DNA of 42,753 bases, taken from the IMG/VR virus record IMGVR_UViG_2663763477_000009; one strand, 5' to 3'. This DNA is from a virus. Lineage: Duplodnaviria > Heunggongvirae > Uroviricota > Caudoviricetes. The notes under the pieces are model-generated. The model had not been told where the DNA came from. It made no database searches and saw nothing but the letters and a program-made list of their open reading frames with translations. Shown piece after piece: positions 20,584-28,817 of the stretch (position 1 is its first letter; each line of letters begins with the position of its first letter). The position numbers and the translations under genes are program-made.

Positions 20584-22053
20584 TCATGAGACCTTTCCAT
20601 TGCTTACCGCCAGCATATGTCCAGCGACGTAGCTGACAAGAATCATAGCTATGCACATTAAATATTTTGCAATGTCATTAAGCACTCCGAATGACGATGC
20701 AGTAGCCCCAAAACCTAATCCCATATTATTAATACATGCAGCCACTGTTGCAAATGATGTAAGAAAATCATATCCCATACCATTTAACACCAGTATAAAA
20801 AACACCGTGAAGAGAGTATAAAGAAAAAAGAAACTCCATACAGACCTCATTACACGATCTGTAACTATCTTCCCTCCTACATTTACACTCAACAACGCTC
20901 TGGGATGAGAAAGCTGATTTATCTCGTGTTTGCTTTGTTTGAAAAGTATAAGAAATCGAAGTGACTTAATTCCACCACAGGTTGAACCTATACATCCCCC
21001 AAAGAAACTTGACAACAGCAAAAACACTATCGTGTGCGTGGGCCAGTTTGCATAATCCTGCGTAGCTAAACCATTATCAGTGAGCATGGAGCTGGCAAGA
21101 AAAAACGAATGAATAAAACTTCCATGCAAGTCATACATACCTATATGCCAGACCTGGAAAGAGGTAACAATGATCACCCCTAAGGCTATTAACAGAAAGA
21201 AACGAAGTTCAATATCTCTGATTAAAGGTTTTATCGTTTTTCTGCTAATAACAATATACCAAAGAGTGAAGTTGAAAGCCGATAGCAGGGAAAAAGAACC
21301 AGCCACCAGCTCAACCAAATAGTTATTAAAATATCCGATACTCTCGCTATGAGTTGAGAAACCACCAAGCGAAACTGTGGAAATCCCGTGACAAATAGCA
21401 TCAAACAAAGGCATTCCTGCAAGTCTATAACAGACAATACAAGCAATACCTAATAAAGAATAAGTTATCCACAGTGTCCGTGACGTATCGGCCAGGCGGG
21501 GAGTGAGTTTGTCATCCTTAAATGGCCCCGGCATTTCTGACTGATAAAGCTTTGCACCACCAATACCCAATAATGGCAATACTGCAACCGCCAGAACAAT
21601 AACTCCTAAACCACCTATAAAATTTAACTGTGACCGATAGTACAAATATGCCCGAGGTAATGAACTAACATCATCAATTACAGTTGCTCCTGTTGTTGTT
21701 ATTCCAGAAACCCCTTCAAACAGAGCATCAATGAACGTTAAATTAAGTTCTGAGTCAATCCATAAAGGGAATGCACTAATAACAGAAAACAAAATCCAAA
21801 ACATTACAATTATAATAAACCCATCACGGGTACGTAATTGAATGCCAGATTTCTTAGTTGTATACCACGCTCCGCCACCAATGCAAAAAAATATAACGAA
21901 AGTTATAAAGAAAACGAACAGGCTTTTTTCTTTATAAAACAATGCTACAACCATTGGTGGCAACATTGAAAGACTATAGAGCCAAACCAGGAACCCACAC
22001 ATATGAGTAACAACTCTTACATGAGATGTATTCATATCTAAATATTCTTTCAA
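20584..22053 (-). CDS. trkG: TrkG copy 2 with a replaced C-terminus (last 19 aa exchanged for 17 unrelated aa at the duplication junction)
   Basis: Identical to copy 1 until ...CIAMIL, then diverges where the unit joins the endolysin 3' fragment. Confidence 0.8.
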
Positions 22054-22172
22054 TTATAACCACCTTGCTGCAATATTATGATTATACTGTATAAAATTTA
22101 ACTCCTCTTAGATCTTACTTCACTGTTCCTTATGAAACAATCATCAAAATGAATCATATTGTAGTTAAGATT

Positions 22173-22649
22173 TTACTTTAAACACTGCTCGGTTATGTAT
22201 TGCTGAGCACCTTCAAGTTGGGCCTGCATCATTACCAGTCGTTCCCGGAGGGTGAAATAATCCCGTTCAGCGGTGTCTGCCAGTCGGGGGGAGGCTGCAT
22301 TATCCACGCCGGAGGCGGTGGTGGCTTCACGCACTGACTGACAGACTGCTTTGATGTGCAACCGACGACGACCAGCGGCAACATCATCACGCAGAGCATC
22401 ATTTTCAGCTTTCGCATCAGCTAACTCCTTCGTGTATTTTGCATCGAGCGCAGCAACATCACGCTGACGCATCTGCATGTCAGTAATTGCCGCGTTCGCC
22501 AGCTTCAGTTCTCTGGCATTTTTGTCGCGCTGGGCTTTGTAGGTAATGGCGTTATCACGGTAATGATTAACAGCCCATGACAGGCAGACGATGATGCAGA
22601 TAACCAGAGCGGAGATAATCGCGGTTACTCTGTTCATTGCTGACCCCAC
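22173..22649 (-). CDS. Spanin inner-membrane subunit Rz (copy 2, part of the lysis cassette)
   Basis: 158 aa; differs from copy 1 at three residues; its start overlaps the endolysin stop. Confidence 0.85.
   Translation of the reverse strand: MGSAMNRVTAIISALVICIIVCLSWAVNHYRDNAITYKAQRDKNARELKLANAAITDMQMRQRDVAALDAKYTKELADAKAENDALRDDVAAGRRRLHIKAVCQSVREATTASGVDNAASPRLADTAERDYFTLRERLVMMQAQLEGAQQYITEQCLK
22232..22417 (-). CDS. Spanin outer-membrane lipoprotein Rz1 (copy 2), embedded in Rz
   Basis: 61-aa lipoprotein; one Ala-to-Pro difference from copy 1. Confidence 0.8.
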   Translation of the reverse strand: MRKLKMMLCVMMLPLVVVGCTSKQSVSQCVKPPPPPAWIMQPPPDWQTPLNGIISPSGNDW

Positions 22650-23131
22650 AAACAGATTTCACGCTCAATCTCACGACGAGTCATGAGACCTTTCCATTGC
22701 TTACCGCCAGCATATGTCCAGCGACGTAGCTGATCACATGCGCCTTTGATATCGCCCTGGTTTATTTTGCGAAGAAGCGTCGATGTTCTGAAATTGCCAG
22801 CACCCACGTTGTAAACGAATGAGTAAAGAGCGCCGCGCGTTGTTTCCGGTATATCGACTTTGATGTACGGGTTAATTTGTCTGGCGACAGTGGCAAGGTC
22901 TTTATTCAAGAGTGTTTTGCATTCTGCTTTGGTATACGTTTTACCGAGCATGATGTCTTTTCCTGTATGCCCGTGACATACAGTCCATACACCAACAATA
23001 TCTTTGTATGGTATGTAGCTGACACCTTCCAGACCATCGTTACCACTTGGGCCAGTGATTAACACTGATGCTATAGCAATTGCTCCGCCACCAATAGCAG
23101 CAGCAACGACTTTTCGTAATGATGGAGGCAT
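22634..23131 (-). CDS. SAR endolysin (phage-21 R-type lysozyme)
   Basis: 165 aa with an N-terminal Gly/Ala-rich signal-anchor-release segment ([18 protein letters not shown]) followed by a lysozyme domain. Confidence 0.85.
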   Translation of the reverse strand: MPPSLRKVVAAAIGGGAIAIASVLITGPSGNDGLEGVSYIPYKDIVGVWTVCHGHTGKDIMLGKTYTKAECKTLLNKDLATVARQINPYIKVDIPETTRGALYSFVYNVGAGNFRTSTLLRKINQGDIKGACDQLRRWTYAGGKQWKGLMTRREIEREICLWGQQ

Positions 23132-23346
23132 TATTCACCTCTCGCAGCCTTGCGCTTATCTTCTTTAATCTTGAAATAAAGGTTTGTCAGGTACGTCAGC
23201 AGGCCAAATACCAGACTACCCAGCACACCGATTGCAGCCCACTGTGACGGAGTTACTCTATCGAGCAACTGTAAAAACCAGTAGCCAGCACTGCCTGCGG
23301 AGGTGCCGTAGGCAATGCCTGTTGAAATTTTGTCCATGGATTTCAT
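23131..23346 (-). CDS. Pinholin (phage-21 S-type) with a dual-start motif
   Basis: Reads [14 protein letters not shown]... with two TM segments; Met1 and Met4 give the antiholin/holin pair; the track ORF extends a further 19 codons upstream. Confidence 0.8.
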   Translation of the reverse strand: MKSMDKISTGIAYGTSAGSAGYWFLQLLDRVTPSQWAAIGVLGSLVFGLLTYLTNLYFKIKEDKRKAARGE

Positions 23347-23445
23347 AGCCTCACCTCCGCACGGAACGGATGGCATAGTTATTATGTGTAGGCTTTCAGA
23401 CACATCAATCAGAGCCTTAATTGATATATATGCTGGAGACGATGC

Positions 23446-23472
23446 AATATAAAAAGCTCGCCGTAGCGAGCT
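23446..23472 (-). terminator. Intrinsic terminator between the lipoprotein morons and the holin gene
   Basis: Perfect 7-bp stem agctcgc/gcgagct with loop cgta, followed on the minus strand by UUUUAUAUU. Confidence 0.5.
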
Positions 23473-23597
23473 AATAAAATGTATTTCTCTGATATTATGT
23501 TTATTTGTATTAGCTCAGACTTGACATCACAGGTTTCGTATATAGAACATCATCAAATCTGTCAGTTTGCTATGAATGAGATATAGTAATTGAAGAG

Positions 23598-23993
23598 CTA
23601 ACCTCGCATGTCAAAGCCAGATTTCTGAAAATCTCTGTAGACTTCCGGATTGTTGAAGGCCGGAAATTTGGCTTTATGAGCTGCGGACTTTATCGCTTCG
23701 CAATAGGCTTTATCACCGTTACTGGTAGATATTTTTAACGCCGTGCCATCCTGAGAGAATTCCATATGCAACCTGCATTTTTTCCCTTTCCAGTTATGCG
23801 GCTCATCAAGTTTGGCATTAATTGCAGCTCTGATTCCCCGCGCTTGCGCCCCCCATTCATCCTGATCATCCCAGCGTCCTGAACTGCAACTACCTGTAGC
23901 AGTAGTTTTGTGGCAATCTGAAGGGTGTAAAGGTGTGCATCCCGCAACAAAACCGACCCAAAAAGTCAACATAACGATTTTCTTTAATCCCAC
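23598..23993 (-). CDS. Outer-membrane lipoprotein with a TolA domain-III-like C-terminal domain (divergent paralogue)
   Basis: GTG start with GAGGAG RBS; signal peptide plus lipobox VAGC; C-terminal domain aligns with the pattern of the downstream paralogue (KxCxLxM...G...L...CEAIKSAAHKAKFPAF...EVYRDFQ). Confidence 0.7.
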   Translation of the reverse strand: MGLKKIVMLTFWVGFVAGCTPLHPSDCHKTTATGSCSSGRWDDQDEWGAQARGIRAAINAKLDEPHNWKGKKCRLHMEFSQDGTALKISTSNGDKAYCEAIKSAAHKAKFPAFNNPEVYRDFQKSGFDMRG

Positions 23994-24143
23994 TTCTTGC
24001 TCCTCAATCCATTAAAATCTCAGCAATAGTAGTTGTTACGTCCGCCACTGGCTCAGAGCTGACTATCCGCTAAATTTAGCTCAGTGCCGTAGCTGTGTCA
24101 GAACAAACCTAAGCCGAAACCGTTTATTACAAAACAATAAATA

Positions 24144-24572
24144 TCAGGGTTTAAAATCCAGCACCCCATTTTGAAATACTTTATATACTTCCGGCGAAGG
24201 GGGGGCAGGTATATCAGCATTCTTTATCGCATTCATCGCTTCACGACATAAATCGAGGTCTCCACTTTCTCTTTTAACCTCCAGTAGAAGGCCATTCGGG
24301 GCCATATGCATTCTCAGTGTACACTCTTTTCCTGAATACTTACTCGCATCCCCGAACTGTTTTTCGATGGCGCTCTTGATTTGATGGGCATACAGACGGA
24401 TATCCTCACTAACATCAGAAGTACGTTCAGATGAACTCACATACTGTGTCTCTATTGCTTTATCGGAGTAATATGATGTACGGTCATGATAATTTGTCGA
24501 TACAGCATCAGTGCACCCGATAATAATCCCACTAATAATCAACGTAAGAATTGATGCGCTACGAAAACCCAT
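24144..24572 (-). CDS. Outer-membrane lipoprotein with a TolA domain-III homologue
   Basis: Signal peptide plus lipobox IIGC; the C-terminal 85 aa (YAHQIKSAIEKQFGDASKYSGKECTLRMHMAPNGLLLEVK...PSPEVYKVFQNGVLDFKP) closely parallel my recollection of the C-terminus of E. coli TolA. Confidence 0.75.
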   Translation of the reverse strand: MGFRSASILTLIISGIIIGCTDAVSTNYHDRTSYYSDKAIETQYVSSSERTSDVSEDIRLYAHQIKSAIEKQFGDASKYSGKECTLRMHMAPNGLLLEVKRESGDLDLCREAMNAIKNADIPAPPSPEVYKVFQNGVLDFKP

Positions 24573-25508
24573 TTTTCCTCACATATGTCATATAGTAAAG
24601 GATTATATATACCGTTGTTTTGGACGCTCAAACAGCGAATCAGATCAAATAAAACGCACATTTGTTAACATTTACACAAAGTCTGCGTGGGATATTCTGA
24701 AAGAATATCCATAATGTGGAGAGAATCTATTGAAGTGCATGGTGCCGGGTGCCTCCCGGTGAACAAAATGTTCGTGATACCTGTCGGCGACAGAAAAGGT
24801 TAATGGTATCACCCCACCGCACAGGGGGATTCACCATGCAGGAGTTTTCTTAGCAAACTCACTGCGCGCCCGGCAACTCCCAACCACATAAAATGCGGAG
24901 TTTGTGGCATTTATGCATATAACTCGCAGGAATTATCTTAAAAAACTGATGTCGATCCGGATTAAAAAGAAGCAGGTCATCATCAGATGACTGGAAAAAA
25001 GGAAAACAAAAAATACTCATCATACAGTTTTGATTGCAGGGATGAGCCTGCTATGCACAATATGCAGAATATAAGCAAGATAAAAATATGCAGGCATATT
25101 ATTTCGGATCTTGTTATTAACACAACCTTTTTAATAATCATTTGGCATACAATAAACCAGCCCAAAAAGAACCGCCTAAACAGGCGGTTGGTCAATACAA
25201 AGGATGCTTCGTCTTTATTATAGTAATCTGAGGCGTCGGGTGTCTTGTATCAGACAACATATTGTCCCGCTAAACAGCGAATTACAAACCACCCTGCAAT
25301 GATCTCTCATCTCATTTTATATGAGTTGACGACATCAGGATAACGCATCATCAGCCCCTGCCAAGAAATATCAAAACTCCCGCCAGCAATGTGTTATCAC
25401 AATATTGTAAAAAAAACACAGCACCGAAACTATAACTGGTCTCTGTTATAATTTGGAGCAGAAAGACCAGTTGCCCAACTAGCAGCATTCTCCCCTGCTT
25501 TCCTGACG

Positions 25509-25537
25509 TAAAAAAACCGCATTAAGCGGTTTTTTTA
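25509..25537. terminator. Bidirectional intrinsic terminator hairpin (candidate tR' of the late operon)
   Basis: A7-accgc-attaa-gcggt-T7: a GC stem flanked by an A-run and a T-run, about 80 nt downstream of the Q-like gene. Confidence 0.55.
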
Positions 25538-25616
25538 CGATGTCCATGTCTGCAATCCGCCTCGCGATACAGCTTTGCGAAGCATAGCAAAATTGAAGCA
25601 GTTTATACGTAAGAAA

Positions 25617-26159
25617 TCAAGCCATTTTCTCAGCAAATGATTCACGCATGGGAATATATAGGGCATACTCAGCAACAGCTAACCAATTAGCAATCCGTTT
25701 TTCGCATGTGCTAAAACACCACTCTGGGTGTGCATCATTTAGCAATTCAGCCATTTTGCGCTTAGTCATCCCCCGCCCTTCATAGCGTTGCCGGAGAATG
25801 CAAATCAATCCTGGATGCTCTGCCAGCACCTCACTTATGACTCGATCAATACATAACGCCTCTGCATCAGTACAATGCGCCAGCCAGCTCTTTTGCTTGC
25901 CGTTGATCATCTCTCGCAAAAACGCTTCCAGCTCAGCTTTCTCTATTCCCGCTTTTTTCATTCTGCGCAGGGCTTCATTAATGGCTGTTTTCGTCAGTTT
26001 TTTGGATGCCAACAACTGATTGAACATATTCCCTGACCTGCCACCGCCAATATACGACCAGCGCCCCCACATACGTAGTTTTCCCTGAATCCAGACACTT
26101 TCCAGCGTGGTGAGGCGAAGGTGTTCTCCGCTTTTTCCTGTATTCGTTGGGTAAATCAT
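25617..26159 (-). CDS. Late-gene antiterminator Q-like protein (putative)
   Basis: 180 aa, Cys pairs, located at the end of the nin region directly upstream of the late/lysis region; assigned mainly by position. Confidence 0.5.
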   Translation of the reverse strand: MIYPTNTGKSGEHLRLTTLESVWIQGKLRMWGRWSYIGGGRSGNMFNQLLASKKLTKTAINEALRRMKKAGIEKAELEAFLREMINGKQKSWLAHCTDAEALCIDRVISEVLAEHPGLICILRQRYEGRGMTKRKMAELLNDAHPEWCFSTCEKRIANWLAVAEYALYIPMRESFAEKMA

Positions 26160-26446
26160 AAATGACCTTTCTTTCTCCAGATTTCTTGTGTGCGAAAAAC
26201 CCCTTCAGCATGCATCAGGCGCAATTCTTCTTTGGTGTAATCGCTGGTTTTTACCCGCCCGTCGATTAGATCGTGGCATGAGCTACAGGCTATCGCCGCC
26301 TGCATATCATGTGGTTTTGTCGCTGTTCCGCACGTCCCCGCCAGCCTGTAATGCGCCAGCACAGAGGTTTCGGGATTGTGATTGCAGTAGCCAGGGATTC
26401 TGATCTGGCACATCTGGCCTTTAGCCGCTTTACGTAAATTCACCAT
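26156..26446 (-). CDS. YbcO-like nin-region protein (DUF1364, zinc-binding)
   Basis: 96 aa with the pattern CQIRIPGYCNHNPETSVLAH...CGT..KP...AIACSSCHD that I recognise from the DLP12 ybcO family. Confidence 0.65.
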   Translation of the reverse strand: MVNLRKAAKGQMCQIRIPGYCNHNPETSVLAHYRLAGTCGTATKPHDMQAAIACSSCHDLIDGRVKTSDYTKEELRLMHAEGVFRTQEIWRKKGHL

Positions 26447-27045
26447 TACGCAAACTCCAGTAGTTGTGCGGCCACATTTTCAACTTCCTCCTGAGAGGAG
26501 AATTTACGGAACAGAATCCAGTTCCACAGCACATTCAGTACAGATTTATAAACCTGCTGAAACTCGACTTCGTCCATATTCGCAAAAGCGATGGATTTTG
26601 CCCGACGCCCACGGCTACCGTCCGGATAAATATGCTCGGTGTAAAATCCGGCCTGAATGGTTACCCACTCGCGGAAAGCCTCAAACGACTTTAGCAACGC
26701 CGTATCCCGGGTTCTACGAGTCGCAACGGTGTTAAGGTATTGCTCTGCGGCATCACTCAGGGCTGGCGTGTGTTCCCGACCAACTGATTCGCACAGGTAA
26801 TCAACGAAACCAGACAGCAGTTCTCGTTCGCGAGGCGTGATCGCCCCACCGACCGGAGTCCAGTAATCGAAACCCAGTTGCAGGAGTTTGAAAAAACGCT
26901 TGTGGAATGCGTAGTTACACACACGCTTAAAGTCTGCGTGTATCCACTCACCTATTTTGATTTGATGCAGAAAATCGCAACTCTCCGGCGTCGCCGGGAG
27001 AAGTAATCCGGAAGAGGTTTGTTTGACCAGTTGTATATGCGCCAT
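26446..27045 (-). CDS. nin-region hypothetical protein (DUF1367-like)
   Basis: 199-aa ORF translationally coupled to the ybcO-like gene. Confidence 0.5.
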   Translation of the reverse strand: MAHIQLVKQTSSGLLLPATPESCDFLHQIKIGEWIHADFKRVCNYAFHKRFFKLLQLGFDYWTPVGGAITPRERELLSGFVDYLCESVGREHTPALSDAAEQYLNTVATRRTRDTALLKSFEAFREWVTIQAGFYTEHIYPDGSRGRRAKSIAFANMDEVEFQQVYKSVLNVLWNWILFRKFSSQEEVENVAAQLLEFA

Positions 27046-27325
27046 TTCTCAATCTCTCGATGGCGCAGCGCAGCAGATGCCAGTTGTTCAGGCTGACGAA
27101 TAAAGTATAAATAAACTGGCTATGGTGTAAAGCCCCACATAGCATGAACAAACACTACATATCAAATAGCTGGTACAAGGATAGAAATACGACACTTATT
27201 ATTAAAAACGATTAGATAAATTACATTTTAATGTTATGCAAAAGTTCTTTTTTATCATAACATTTCAATAAAAGCATTACAGATGCAATCATCCCGTCAT
27301 CATCAATTATTTAAGGTGGTTAAAC

Positions 27326-27412
27326 ATGGAAAATAACAAGTTCGCACATCTCGCTCCTTTTTTATCCGTAATCCTTTTCGCTTGTTGTTTTATATGGGCA
27401 TTATTTTTATAA
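27326..27412 (+). CDS. Small hydrophobic peptide (28 aa), candidate membrane peptide or type-I-toxin-like
   Basis: ATG preceded by AAGGTGG at about 6 nt; reads MENNKFAHLAPFLSVILFACCFIWALFL (one predicted TM helix); sits in an AT-rich intergenic region. Confidence 0.35.
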   Translation: MENNKFAHLAPFLSVILFACCFIWALFL

Positions 27413-27820
27413 AGTAGCCACATGATAAGTTGCTGGAATCATATTTCCCACTCAAGTCATTAACATTTGATAAGATATATCTAAAAGGACGCCTTTACAT
27501 TATTTATGCGTATATAATTTATTTATATACACAGTAAAGGTATCCTGGGAAAATATTTATCGTTAAAAAATACATCATAAATAATTAAGCTGAAATTTCA
27601 GAACACAACTAATACACACAATAAGGTTCAGTAACAGTAATCTATGTGGACTACATCGAGATTTTTTGATTAAACTTTAATAACTTATTCCTAACACACA
27701 GAATGCATAAACTAAAAGTAAAACAAATAGTTATACGAAAAACAACCATATTTATTCTATCTTCTCCTCTAATCAACATATCAATTATGTGTTTCATAAC
27801 AGCTTGACATAACCCTCCAA

Positions 27821-27843
27821 AAGATGCATTTTTAATGCATGTT
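27821..27843 (+). promoter_or_regulatory. NsrR-type operator (11-1-11 inverted repeat) upstream of the yeaR-like gene
   Basis: AAGATGCATTT-T-TAATGCATGTT, close to the NsrR consensus as I recall it; a TTGACA hexamer lies just upstream at about 27804-27809. Confidence 0.5.
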
Positions 27844-27858
27844 TTGGAGGAGGTGGTT

Positions 27859-28197
27859 ATGACACACAAGAGAATTCCTAAAGATTGGGTAATCAAACGC
27901 TCAACTCCGTTCTTCACAAAAGAGAACGTACCTTCAGCGTTATTAACACATCATAATACAGCAGCAGGTGTTTTTGGGCAGTTGTGCGTAATGGAAGGCA
28001 CTGTAACATATTATGGTTTTACTGATGAGAATGCTACTGAACCGGAGATAAAAGTAGTCATTAATGCTGGCGCTTTTGCAACAAGCCCACCACAATACTG
28101 GCACCGTGTTGAACTAAGCGATGATGCTCAGTTTAATATTAACTTTTGGGTCGCTCCAGACTTTTCGGGCGAAAAAGTCTATAGCACCAAAAAATAG
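27859..28197 (+). CDS. YeaR-like protein (DUF1971 family)
   Basis: 112 aa from the ATG after a GGAGGAGG RBS; RSTPFFTKENVP...GQLCVMEGTVTYYGF...FNINFWVAPDF parallels the chromosomal YeaR sequence as I recall it. Confidence 0.75.
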   Translation: MTHKRIPKDWVIKRSTPFFTKENVPSALLTHHNTAAGVFGQLCVMEGTVTYYGFTDENATEPEIKVVINAGAFATSPPQYWHRVELSDDAQFNINFWVAPDFSGEKVYSTKK

Positions 28198-28226
28198 ATG
28201 ATCATATTAAAAATGCTTTAACAGTC

Positions 28227-28263
28227 AGACCCGGCAGGGCTATCCCCGACGGGTCTCATTTTT
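28227..28263 (+). terminator. Terminator-like hairpin after the yeaR-like gene
   Basis: Stem agacccg/cgggtct around a structured loop, followed by TCATTTTTG. Confidence 0.4.
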
Positions 28264-28817
28264 GTAAATATATTGGTTCTACATTGACAGGAGACTTCAA
28301 CCATAAGAAGTAATCTGAATACTTGAGCAATAAATTTACTTAAGATTAATGAGCGCACCTTGCCGGACAAAGATAAACCAAGGTAACACCTTTTTTCTAG
28401 CCAGTATGTAATCAATCAGAAAGCCGCTCCATAAGAACAACAGCAAGACAATAAATTGCCATTACAGCCGCAATAGCCAGCGCACATTTGAGAACCAGCA
28501 CGACAACCCCCTGTATTAGACGCACACCAGTCCTGATAAATATGAGGCTGTCTCGTCAGTGATTCAATACAACTATTGGGTATAGTTTCTGTGATTTTAT
28601 TCTGTAGAAATGGAACACAACAACCAGTCACCACCAGCACTTCCTTAAATGCTCTAAGTCAGAAACAAGCCAACATTTTAGTCCGCTTTGAGCGATCTGC
28701 AGACATTGCTAGCAGCCTTCTGTGTGAATTCTCAGGGAGCAGGTCGGCATAGCATCACGTTGAGGCTCTTACCCTACTTGTTCACACCAACCCTAACTCC
28801 ACAGACTGATTCATAAA

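Larger units (their letters stand above)
18541..22734. repeat. Tandem direct duplication: two units of about 2.1 kb, each carrying the 3' end of the endolysin gene, Rz/Rz1 and trkG
   Basis: The two ORF sets translate identically except for the TrkG C-terminus at the junction and a few substitutions in Rz/Rz1; boundaries are approximate. Confidence 0.85.

Noticed and set aside
18541-22734. The tandem duplication interpreted as a CRISPR array or IS element
   Set aside because: The units are about 2.1 kb and protein-coding with no short repeat-spacer periodicity; no transposase ORF or terminal inverted repeats are present anywhere in the window.
24600-25616. Possible tRNA genes in the long Q-to-moron spacer, as in Stx phages
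   Set aside because: I found no GGTTCGAATCC-like T-arm motif or cloverleaf-compatible segment on either strand; the region looks like AT-rich promoter or spacer DNA.
28416-28640. 74-aa Cys-rich ORF (with neighbouring 28218-28415 ORF) in the AT-rich spacer
   Set aside because: No convincing start or RBS, and the Cys/Gly-rich translation looks like a frame artefact; a short hydrophobic frame on the same strand was noted but not called because the evidence is too weak.
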